A stretch of DNA of 64,000 nucleotides from positions 45,340 to 109,339 of the forward strand of contig JAKFCH010000282.1 of NCBI GenBank assembly GCA_036676765.1. Reading direction: 5' to 3'. The notes under the pieces are model-generated. The model saw only the letters and a program-made list of their open reading frames with translations. It did no database searches and had not been told where the DNA came from. Source of the DNA: Deltaproteobacteria bacterium. Its GTDB lineage: Bacteria; Myxococcota_A; UBA796; SXON01. Positions within the stretch are counted from its first letter, which is position 1. Each line of letters starts with the position of its first letter. The position numbers and the translations under genes were made by a program. This document shows positions 9,211 through 17,585 of the stretch, piece after piece.

Positions 9211-9591
9211 ATGCCCCTCGCGCTCCTCCTCTACGTCGCGTGCGCCGACCCGATCTCGATCACCCCCAGCCAGGCCGGCTGCGACGAAGTGACCCCCGAG
9301 GCGCCCCCCGCGTCCACCCTGGAGTGGGAGGCCGCGTCGGACGGGGCCATCCGCGTGTGGCGTTCGAACGCCTACGAGGAGCAGACCGGCCTGATCTTCG
9401 ACCCGGTCGTCGTCGTGGACGGCAAGATCGTCGAGATCCACGAGGCCTGGACCGGCGGCGAGACCGCCGACACCTACTGCTACGAGCCCGCCGTCACGTT
9501 CGAGGGCATCGCGAAGACGCTCCAGGTCCGTTGGTTCGTCGACGAGGGGGACACGGTCCCCTTCGACACCGTGGATGTCGAGGCGCCCTGA
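9211..9591 (+). CDS. Small lipoprotein, function unknown
   Basis: MPLALLLYVAC is a lipobox. GAGG lies 7 nt upstream of the ATG. 126 aa. Confidence 0.6.
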   Translation: MPLALLLYVACADPISITPSQAGCDEVTPEAPPASTLEWEAASDGAIRVWRSNAYEEQTGLIFDPVVVVDGKIVEIHEAWTGGETADTYCYEPAVTFEGIAKTLQVRWFVDEGDTVPFDTVDVEAP

Positions 9592-9592
9592 C

Positions 9593-10456
9593 GTGGGGCC
9601 CGTCCTCGTCACCGGCGCGGGCGGCTTCGCGGGGAGGCACCTGGTCGCCGCCCTCGAGGAGGAGGGCCGGGAGGTCGTCTCCGCGGGGCACGCCACGGAC
9701 CGGTCGGTCGACTTCCGTGTCGCCGAGCACGTGCGGGAGCTCATCGAGGAGGTGCGGCCCTCCGTGGTGTTCCACCTCGCGGGGACGAGCACGCTCGCCG
9801 AGCTCCTCCGCGACCCCCAGGGCGGCAACTACAACGTCGTCCAGCCCGCCGTGAACCTGCTCGAGGCCGTCGCCGAGGCGGCGCCCGGCGCGCGCGTGGT
9901 CCTCTGCAGCCCGTGCGAGGTCTATGGGCGTGCGTCCCGCCTGCCGACGGACGAGCGGAGCCCGCTGGCCCCCCTCGACCTCTACGGCGCCGCCCGCGCG
10001 GCGGTCGAGTTCATCGTCCGTTCCTACGCGGGGCGCGGGGTCTCCGTGGTCATCGCGCGCGCCTTCCACTTCACGGGGCCCGGGCAGGACCGCCGCTCGC
10101 CGCTCGGGGACCTCGCCGCGCGGGTCGCGCGACACGAGCCGCTGCGGGTCGGGAACCTGGCGTTACGTCGCGATTACAGTGACGTGCGGGACATCGTGCG
10201 CGGGCTCGTCCTCCTCGCGGAGCGCGGGGAGCCCGGCGAGGCCTACAACCTCTGCTCCGGCGCCACACGCTCGATGCGGGAGCTGGCGGGGAAGCTCGCG
10301 GGGGAGGGCGCGATCCTCACGGAGGATCCGACGCTGTCGCACCCGGGGGAGGCCCCGGTCTACCTCGGCTCGCCGGCGCGCGCCGAGGCGCTGGGGTGGC
10401 GCCGGCGGTGGGAGCTCGACCGGACCCTCGCCGACCTGCTCGCTTCGTACCGCTGA
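9593..10456 (+). CDS. NAD-dependent epimerase/dehydratase (extended SDR), atypical active site
   Basis: Rossmann motif VLVTGAGGFAGRHLV immediately after the GTG at 9593 (alternative ATG at 9575). Overall pattern resembles GDP-sugar dehydratases/reductases. The active-site Tyr context reads YGAAR rather than YxxxK. Confidence 0.75.
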   Translation: MGPVLVTGAGGFAGRHLVAALEEEGREVVSAGHATDRSVDFRVAEHVRELIEEVRPSVVFHLAGTSTLAELLRDPQGGNYNVVQPAVNLLEAVAEAAPGARVVLCSPCEVYGRASRLPTDERSPLAPLDLYGAARAAVEFIVRSYAGRGVSVVIARAFHFTGPGQDRRSPLGDLAARVARHEPLRVGNLALRRDYSDVRDIVRGLVLLAERGEPGEAYNLCSGATRSMRELAGKLAGEGAILTEDPTLSHPGEAPVYLGSPARAEALGWRRRWELDRTLADLLASYR

Positions 10457-10470
10457 CGCCCGACCGCGAG

Positions 10471-11079
10471 CTACTGCTCGCGGGTGTCCATCTTGCCGTC
10501 CCCGTCGACGTCCTTGCCGGTCTTCACGATCGTGCCGGTCTCGTCGAGGTATTCCCAGGCGTCGATGCGGTTGTCGGCGTCGGAGTCGCGCTCCTTGCGG
10601 CGGACCACCCCGGCCTCGTAGTACTTGAACAGGTCGAACGTGCCGTTGAAGTCGGTGTCGACCTCGGAGAACGTGCGCTTGCCGCCGATGTAGTGGTCCA
10701 CCCAGTCGGCGCGCCCGTCGAAGTCTCCGTCGAGCTGCTCCTTGACCCGCTGGCCGCCGTCGTCGAACTCGGCGCGGACGTCGACCCGCCCGTCGTTGTT
10801 CAGGTCGGTCTCCTTGCGGACGAGGAGGCGCGGCGCGTCGGAACGCTCACGGAAGTAGTTCGTGATCTCGATCTTGCCGTCCCGATTGAGGTCGACCTTC
10901 ACCTGGGTGAGGCCGTCGGCGGTGACCGAGGTGGTGAGCTGCTCGGCCAGGACGACGGGCGTAGCCCCGCCGTTCGCGGAGGCACCGTTCGGGGTGGAGC
11001 CGCCGGCCACGGGCTTCGGGCACCCGGTGAGGAACAGCGGGAGGAGCAGCGGGAGGACCAACAACGTCCGCGAACACAT
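10471..11079 (-). CDS. Lipoprotein with six DxDxDG-type calcium-binding loops
   Basis: Lipobox LFLTGC. AAGGAGG lies 8 nt upstream of the internal Met at 11079. Loops: DLNRDGKIE, DLNNDGRVD, DGDFDGRAD, DTDFNGTFD, DSDADNRID, DVDGDGKMD. Confidence 0.65.
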   Translation of the reverse strand: MCSRTLLVLPLLLPLFLTGCPKPVAGGSTPNGASANGGATPVVLAEQLTTSVTADGLTQVKVDLNRDGKIEITNYFRERSDAPRLLVRKETDLNNDGRVDVRAEFDDGGQRVKEQLDGDFDGRADWVDHYIGGKRTFSEVDTDFNGTFDLFKYYEAGVVRRKERDSDADNRIDAWEYLDETGTIVKTGKDVDGDGKMDTREQ

Positions 11080-11257
11080 CGAGAGCGCCTCCTTGGCGAG
11101 GGGCGGAGAGAGCATCACGCGGCGCGCCGTATCCTGTCAAACCCGACGGGGCCCGCGCCGGTGATCCCGATGCCGGCGGGGCCCCCGGCTGCCCCCGGTG
11201 CCCGCGAGGCACGAGCGCGTGGCGGCGTTGTGTTAGGGTGCGCTCTCCGGAGGGGCG

Positions 11258-12424
11258 TTGTCCGAAGCTCGGCGCAAGCACCTGCTCATCGTCGACGACG
11301 AGCCGGTCATCCTGCAGATCCTCAAGGCGGTCTTCGAAGAGGAGCCGTATCGGCTCACCCTGCTGGCATCGGGCCGCGACGCGCTCCGGGTGATCGCGGA
11401 GGACCACGTCGATCTGCTCCTCACCGACAAGAACCTGCCAGACGTCGGCGGCATGGAGCTCCTGCGGGCCGCCAAGCAGAAGGACGTGCTGACCGAGGTG
11501 GTCATCATCACCGGCTACGGCTCCCTGGAAACGGCGCTGACCGCCCTGGAGTTCGACGCCTTCGACTACGTCCTCAAGCCGCTCAACAACGTCTTCGACA
11601 TCCGCAAGAAGGTGCGCCAGGCGTTCCAGAAGCAGGAGGTCGCCCTCGAGAACCGGCGCCTCATCGCCGAGCTCCAGAAGAAGAACGCCGAGCTGGAGGA
11701 GGCCCTCGAGGAGACCCGGGGCCTCCAGGCCGAGCTCATCCAGTCGGAGAAGCTCGCCGGCATCGGCACGCTCGCCGCGGGCATCGCGCACGAGATCAGC
11801 TCGCCGCTGTTCGGCATCATGGGCCTCGCCGAGGCCATCGCGGACGAGCAGGACCTGGCGCTCGCCCAGGGCTACGCCCGCGACGTCGTGGAGTACTGCC
11901 GCACCATCCGCGACATCGTCGTGGAGCTGTCCAGCTACTCGCGGGTCGCCACCAGCGAGTACCTCACCACCGTGGAGCTCTCGCGGGTCATCCTCGACGC
12001 GCTCCGTCTCGTCGAGCGCTCGGCCCCGGTGTCGGACGTGCGCTTCGAGACCGACCTCGGGACCGGGCTCTACCTCCACGCCCGCACCAACGAGATCCAG
12101 CAGATCTTCGTCAACCTCGTCAAGAACGCCGCCGAGGCCGTGCTGGAGCGCCACCCCGACGGCGGCGGCGTCGTGCGCATCGCCGCGGGCATGGACGACG
12201 GGTGGACCTGGGCCACCGTCAGCGACAACGGCCCGGGGATCCCCGAGGACAAGCGCCGCCTGATCTTCGATCCGTTCTACACGACGAAGCCACCCGGAAA
12301 GGGCACGGGCCTCGGCCTGAACATCGTGTACCGGATCGTGACCAAGTACCGCGGCAGCATCCAGGTGCAGAGCGCCCTCGAGGAGGGGACCACCTTCGAA
12401 CTCCGGTTCCCGGTCGAAAAGTAG
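11258..12424 (+). CDS. Hybrid response regulator-histidine kinase (REC, coiled coil, HisKA, HATPase)
   Basis: The TTG start is followed by LLIVDDEPV...DLLLTDKNLPDVGG (receiver). H-box AHEISSPLFGI and G-box GKGTGLGLNIV are present. Confidence 0.85.
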   Translation: MSEARRKHLLIVDDEPVILQILKAVFEEEPYRLTLLASGRDALRVIAEDHVDLLLTDKNLPDVGGMELLRAAKQKDVLTEVVIITGYGSLETALTALEFDAFDYVLKPLNNVFDIRKKVRQAFQKQEVALENRRLIAELQKKNAELEEALEETRGLQAELIQSEKLAGIGTLAAGIAHEISSPLFGIMGLAEAIADEQDLALAQGYARDVVEYCRTIRDIVVELSSYSRVATSEYLTTVELSRVILDALRLVERSAPVSDVRFETDLGTGLYLHARTNEIQQIFVNLVKNAAEAVLERHPDGGGVVRIAAGMDDGWTWATVSDNGPGIPEDKRRLIFDPFYTTKPPGKGTGLGLNIVYRIVTKYRGSIQVQSALEEGTTFELRFPVEK

Positions 12425-12433
12425 GCGGCGAAG

Positions 12434-14245
12434 ATGCGGCTCGGCCTCCGCATCGGCTTCTTCGTCGCCTTCACGGCGATCCTCCCCGTGCTCCTCCTCG
12501 CCCTCGCGGCCTCCCAGGTCGCGCGGAACCAGGCCGAGGGGCAGATCGTGGACTTCCAGGTCGAGGCCGCGCGGTCGCACGGCGCCCTGATCTCCCGCCA
12601 GCTCTCGGACACCCGGCGCGTGCTCGTGCAGCAGGTCGCCAACTTCCGGCTCGACGTCGCCTCCGACGAGGCGCGCGGCTCCTTCCTCGTCGCCACCTAC
12701 CGGTTGTTCCCCGAGATCGCCGTCGCGGTGCTGCTCGACGAGGACGGGGGCGAGCTCATCCCGCCGCTGTACCAGCCCGAGGGGCAGGCCGCCGCGCTCG
12801 TCGATCACGACCGGGTCTCCACCGCCCGGCTCGCGCGGTTCCGGGCCGAGCTCCCGGCGCCCTCGCGCACCCCCGGGGGCGTCGTCGTGGGCGAGACCTA
12901 CCGCCCCGAGGGCGCCGACGCGGCCGTGCTCCCGATGGTGTTCACGTCGCCGTGGGAGGACGGCGTGGCGCTCGCCGTCGAGCTCTCCCTCGCGCCGGTC
13001 GCCTCGCGCATGGGCTCGCTCGGGCGCGAACGCGAGATCAACCTCCTCGACCTCGACGGGGACGTGCTCCTCCGCGCCGGCCCCCCCGGCCTCGTGGATC
13101 CCGCGCGCGTCCGCGCCTTCCTGCGGAACGCCGAGGTCGACCTCCGCTACGAGACCGCCGACGGCGTCGAGGTCCTCGCCGCGCTCGCACGCGTGCCCGG
13201 TCACGACTGGGCGGTCGTCGTCGCGGAGCCCGCGGACGCCGCGGCCGCCACGGTCCACCAGATCCAGCTCCGCACCTGGTACGTCGGCGGCGTGGCCCTC
13301 CTCATCGCCCTCGTCGGCGGCGCCTACCTCACCCGCACCATCACCGGGCCGGTCGTGAAGCTCCGCGACGCCGCCCACGCGGTCGGTCGCGGGGAGTTCG
13401 CCCGGCGGATGCCGGAGGAGGGGAGGGACGAGATCACCGAGCTGGCGGCCGCGTTCAACCGCATGTCGGCCTCGCTCGAGCACAACGCCGCGGAGATCGA
13501 GTCGAAGAACCAGGAGATCGAGCGCTTCAACCTCGAGCTGCAGGCGCGCGTCGAGCAGCGCACCACCCAGCTCCGCGAGGCGCAGGCCCAGCTCGTGCAG
13601 TCGGGGCAGCTCGCGGCGGTGGGCGAGCTCTCGGCGGGGCTCGCGCACGAGCTCAACAACCCGCTCGCCGGCATCCTCGGCATCGTGCAGATCCTCACCG
13701 CGAAGCTGCAGGACCGGCCGGAGGGCGCGCTCCTCCGCGCCGCGGAGCAGGAGGCCCTCCGGTGCAAGGACATCGTCGCGAACCTCCTCCGGTTCACGCG
13801 GTCGGGGCCGCAGAAGGGGCCGGGTGCCGAGGATGTGGTAGATCTGGCGGCGATCGTGCGTGACGTGCTCACGCTCGTCGGCGGGCCCCTCCGCCAGCGG
13901 GGAGTCGCGGTGGAGCTCTCGACGACCGATGCGCCGATGCCGATGCGCGGCGATGCCTCGCAGCTCGGCCGCGCCCTGGGGCAGCTCCTGACCTCCCTGC
14001 GCGCCGTGGCGGAGCCCGGGTCGACGCTCACCATCGAGGGCAGCCAGTCCGGCAAGGACGTGGAGATCTGCTTCGCCCTCGCCCGCACCGTCCGCGAGAC
14101 CGACGACTGGCGCGCCGCCGGCCTCGGGTTCTGGGTGGCCCGCCAGGTGTTCCAGGAGCACGGCGCCATCCTCGACGAGCCGGTCGGCGAGCGCGGCGCC
14201 GCGCGGACGTGGCGCCTGCGCGCCCCCCGCTGCGAGGCCGCGTGA
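12434..14245 (+). CDS. Membrane sensor histidine kinase (2 TM, periplasmic domain, HAMP, HisKA, HATPase)
   Basis: TM1 IGFFVAFTAILPVLLLALAA and TM2 VGGVALLIALVGGAYL. HAMP PVVKLRDAAHAVGRGEF...ELAAAFNRM. H-box AHELNNPLAGI. Confidence 0.85.
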   Translation: MRLGLRIGFFVAFTAILPVLLLALAASQVARNQAEGQIVDFQVEAARSHGALISRQLSDTRRVLVQQVANFRLDVASDEARGSFLVATYRLFPEIAVAVLLDEDGGELIPPLYQPEGQAAALVDHDRVSTARLARFRAELPAPSRTPGGVVVGETYRPEGADAAVLPMVFTSPWEDGVALAVELSLAPVASRMGSLGREREINLLDLDGDVLLRAGPPGLVDPARVRAFLRNAEVDLRYETADGVEVLAALARVPGHDWAVVVAEPADAAAATVHQIQLRTWYVGGVALLIALVGGAYLTRTITGPVVKLRDAAHAVGRGEFARRMPEEGRDEITELAAAFNRMSASLEHNAAEIESKNQEIERFNLELQARVEQRTTQLREAQAQLVQSGQLAAVGELSAGLAHELNNPLAGILGIVQILTAKLQDRPEGALLRAAEQEALRCKDIVANLLRFTRSGPQKGPGAEDVVDLAAIVRDVLTLVGGPLRQRGVAVELSTTDAPMPMRGDASQLGRALGQLLTSLRAVAEPGSTLTIEGSQSGKDVEICFALARTVRETDDWRAAGLGFWVARQVFQEHGAILDEPVGERGAARTWRLRAPRCEAA

Positions 14246-15105
14246 TGTCCAAGGAGCTCCAGGCCCTGGCCGTCCTCGTGTTGATCCTCGCGGTCGCGTG
14301 GATCGGGTACGGGCAGCTCTTCGGGGACGACGGCGGCGACCGCCTCGTGGTCGAGGCCGTGACCGGCAGCGTGCGCCGGGTGGACGGCTTCGGGGACGAG
14401 GTCGCGGCCGAGGCCGGCCAGGCGCTCCAGCCGCGCGACCGCATCGTGGCGGGGGAGGGGGGGCGCGCGGTCCTCTCGCTCGGCGCCGAGTCGCGGGTCA
14501 CGATCGAGGAGCGTTCGTCGGTCCGGGTGCTCGCCGCCGATCAGTCGGGCGTGAAGCTCGAGCTCGAAGGCGGGCGTGTCCAGGCCACCATCCGGCCCGG
14601 CGGAGGGCCCTTCGGCCTGTCCTCCGAGGGCGCCACCGTGGTCGCGGAGGACGCCGACTTCACCGTCGTGCGCGGCGAGGACGGCACCCTCGGCGTGGTC
14701 GCGGAGCGAGGCGAGGTGGGCCTCGACGGGATCGACGGCGCCACCCGGCTCGGGGCGGGCGACCGCCTCGTGGCGGCGCGGGGCGGCAGCGCGCTCGTGT
14801 CGCCCGTGTCGGAGGAGCTCCTCCTGAAGGTGGCGTGGCCCGCGTCGGCGCGCACCCGGGAGGACCGCGCCGAGGTGCGCGGCCGGACCGAGCCCAACGC
14901 CCGGGTGCGGGTGGGCCGGGAGGGGGCGTGGATCGTGGGAAAGGCGGATGCGAACGGGGACTTCGCCATCGAGGCCCCGCTCGCCGAGGGCGAGAACGAG
15001 CTCCACGTGGAGGCGACCTCCGTCCTCGGCACCTCGGTGGCGGTCCGCCACACCGTGGTCCGCGACACCACGGCGCCCAGCGTCACCACCGAGATACGCT
15101 ACTGA
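14245..15105 (+). CDS. Membrane-anchored FecR-domain protein with C-terminal Ig-like domain
   Basis: MSKELQALAVLVLILAVAWIGYG is the anchor. FecR-like segment RIVAGEGGRAVLSLGAESRVTIEERSSVRV. The C-terminus GRTEPNARVRVG...NGDFAIEAPLAEGENELHVEA looks Ig-like. 1-nt TGATG overlap with the upstream kinase. Confidence 0.65.
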   Translation: MSKELQALAVLVLILAVAWIGYGQLFGDDGGDRLVVEAVTGSVRRVDGFGDEVAAEAGQALQPRDRIVAGEGGRAVLSLGAESRVTIEERSSVRVLAADQSGVKLELEGGRVQATIRPGGGPFGLSSEGATVVAEDADFTVVRGEDGTLGVVAERGEVGLDGIDGATRLGAGDRLVAARGGSALVSPVSEELLLKVAWPASARTREDRAEVRGRTEPNARVRVGREGAWIVGKADANGDFAIEAPLAEGENELHVEATSVLGTSVAVRHTVVRDTTAPSVTTEIRY

Positions 15106-15133
15106 TCCCGCTTGACGACGATCCGAGGGGCAC

Positions 15134-17581
15134 GTGCTCGCCCTGATCGCCGGCGTGCTCGCGGCGGACGTGCTCCTCTACGCCCCCGAGGGCGCCGCGG
15201 AGCCCGGTCGGGTCGGGACGTTGGAGGTGGCCGTCGCCGAGGGCGGGCAGCCGGTCCAGGGCGCGGAGGTGGCCGTGGTCGGCGCGCCCTCGGTCGTGCC
15301 CGTGGGGGAGGTGGCGCCCGGTCGGTATCAGTTCCGCTACACCGCCGCGGCCGGGGAGCCCGCGAGTGTCGCCGTCGTGGTGGGGGACGACCCCCCGATC
15401 ACCCGCGTGCTGCCGCCGTCGCGCGAGGTGCCGCCGAGCTACGGGCCGCCCACCGACATCGACGCCGCCGTCGGCACCCCCCGGATCGAGGTGCGCTTTC
15501 CCCACGCGCGCGCCCAGTCGGCCCCCGGCGCGCGGCTCGCGCGGGTGTCCGAGGGGCGGGTGCTCGAGGTGCGGGACGAGGCCGACGGCGTGGTCGTCGT
15601 CGTGGAGCCTGGCAGCGAGCGCAACGCCCGGGTGCTGGCCGTCGGCCTGCTCGACGCCGACGATCCGCGGGCCGTGCCGGCGTTCGCGCTGGTGCGCCTC
15701 CGCGCGCGCCCCCAGCTCACGCTCACCGCCGATCCCGGCAGCACGGTGACCGTGAAGGTGGGCAAGCGCAGCTACGGGCCGTTCGTGGCGAACGCGGCGG
15801 GCGCGGCGGCGGTGTCCTTCGACGTGTTTCCCGGAGAGGCCGCCTACGAGATCGCCGTCTCCGACGATCTCGGGAACACCCAGCGCTCGCAGGGCCCGCT
15901 CCCCGTCGTCACCCAGCCGGTGCTGGTCGGCCTGGAGGCGGCCCTCGCCGGCGAGCGTGGCGCCGAGCTCTGGCTCGGGGCCTGGACGCCCACCGGCGCC
16001 GCCTGGACCGGAGATGCCCCCGTCTGCCGCAGCGGTGCGGGCGAGCGCTCCGACGCCGCTCCCGTGGGCCGGGGCCGCTACCGCGCCACGGTCGACACGC
16101 CCGAGGTCGGCGCATTGTTCGAGCCCCGCGTCGCGTGCGGCCTCGGGGCCGCCTCCGTCGCCCTCCGCGTGCCGCTCGGCGCCGAGCGCCCCGCGCGCAT
16201 CGACCTGCGCGTCTACCCCGAGACCCTCTCCGCGGATTTCCCGATCGCCCAGGTCCAGGCCGCGCTCCTCGACCGCCGGGGGGAGCGCCTGCCGCCGGAC
16301 GCCCTCCGCGTGCGCGCCGCGCTGGGCGAGCTCCAGCTCGAGGTGGCCGACGGCACCGTGCGCGGCGAGTACCGTGGCGCGGCGGCCGTGGAGGACGGGG
16401 GCGACACCCTGTCGGCCGCGTGGGACCACCCGCCCGGCGCCGGGCTCGCCTGGGGGCTGGAGCTGTACGCTGCCGTCGACGTGGGCGGGCAGGCCCTCGC
16501 CGCGCTCGTCCGCGCGCGGGACCGCCTGGACCGCCCCCTCGCCGGCACGGACGTTCGCGTCCGCCTCGGTGACCAGGAGCTCACCGGCACCACCGACGCC
16601 CGGGGATGGGCGCGGGTGACCTTCCCCGGCGTGCCCCCCGCGGCGACCACGTTGCGGGCCGAGTCAGGAAGCGGTGTCGTCCGGGAGATCGCGTGGCTCC
16701 CGGGGGCGCGGCAGGAGCTCCCCGATCCCGCGGCGCCCGACGTCGTGGCCCGGGTGGACCTGTCCATCCGCGCCGGTCGTGTGCGCCAGGTTTCCCTCGA
16801 CGTGTCGCCCCGCCCGTTGCTCACGGGCTCGGGCGCCACCGCCACCGTGGTCGTGCGCATGCTCGACAGCGCGGGCAACCCCGTGCGCGACGAGCCCGTC
16901 ACCGTCGTCGCGAGCGCGGGAGACGTGGGTGCGGCCGCGACGCGCGCCGACGGGAGCCGCGAGATGGTGTACCGGCCGCCGCCGTCGGTGCTCTACGACC
17001 AGACCGTCCGCATCACCGCCACGACCTCGGCCGGCACCGTCTCCACCGACCTCGCCCTGTCGCCGCGCCCGGTGAGCGGCTCGGTGGGCGTCGCGGCGGG
17101 GTGGATCGGCAACTTCGGGCTCATCTCGTCGCCGGCTCTCTCGGTGGCGTGGACCCAGGACATCCCGTTCCTCCCACGGCTCCTCTCGGCCCGGGTGGGT
17201 GTCACCGCCTACACCTTCGAGACCTCCGTCGTGGACCCCGTCGCCGAGGACCGGATCGGGGTGCGGGCCACGCTCGTGCCGTTCGACATCGGCCTGACCG
17301 CCACCGAGCGGTGGGGGCGCCGCTCGTTGAGCGCCGGCCTCGCCGCGGTGGTCGCGCCCTACCAGATGACGGTCGACTTCGGGACCGATCGCGGCGTCTC
17401 CGGGGTGGGGCTCGCCTCCCCCGGGCTGGCCGTGATGGGGGGTGGGGGCTATCGCCTCGGAAATTCCGAGCTCTACGCCGAGGCGCGCTTCCTCCTGTTC
17501 ACCGCGGGCGCGCAGCAGGTGGCGTTCGAAGGTTCCCTCGGCGGGGTCTCCGTCCAGGCCGGTTACCGGCTACTCTATTGA
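15134..17581 (+). CDS. Large secreted protein: Big_1-like Ig repeats plus putative C-terminal beta-barrel
   Basis: Short signal-like N-terminus. Invasin-type segment ATVVVRMLDSAGNPVRDEPVTVVA. The last ~190 aa alternate hydrophobic and polar residues and end in SVQAGYRLLY (aromatic terminus, OMP beta-signal-like). Confidence 0.55.
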   Translation: MLALIAGVLAADVLLYAPEGAAEPGRVGTLEVAVAEGGQPVQGAEVAVVGAPSVVPVGEVAPGRYQFRYTAAAGEPASVAVVVGDDPPITRVLPPSREVPPSYGPPTDIDAAVGTPRIEVRFPHARAQSAPGARLARVSEGRVLEVRDEADGVVVVVEPGSERNARVLAVGLLDADDPRAVPAFALVRLRARPQLTLTADPGSTVTVKVGKRSYGPFVANAAGAAAVSFDVFPGEAAYEIAVSDDLGNTQRSQGPLPVVTQPVLVGLEAALAGERGAELWLGAWTPTGAAWTGDAPVCRSGAGERSDAAPVGRGRYRATVDTPEVGALFEPRVACGLGAASVALRVPLGAERPARIDLRVYPETLSADFPIAQVQAALLDRRGERLPPDALRVRAALGELQLEVADGTVRGEYRGAAAVEDGGDTLSAAWDHPPGAGLAWGLELYAAVDVGGQALAALVRARDRLDRPLAGTDVRVRLGDQELTGTTDARGWARVTFPGVPPAATTLRAESGSGVVREIAWLPGARQELPDPAAPDVVARVDLSIRAGRVRQVSLDVSPRPLLTGSGATATVVVRMLDSAGNPVRDEPVTVVASAGDVGAAATRADGSREMVYRPPPSVLYDQTVRITATTSAGTVSTDLALSPRPVSGSVGVAAGWIGNFGLISSPALSVAWTQDIPFLPRLLSARVGVTAYTFETSVVDPVAEDRIGVRATLVPFDIGLTATERWGRRSLSAGLAAVVAPYQMTVDFGTDRGVSGVGLASPGLAVMGGGGYRLGNSELYAEARFLLFTAGAQQVAFEGSLGGVSVQAGYRLLY

Positions 17582-17585
17582 CGAG

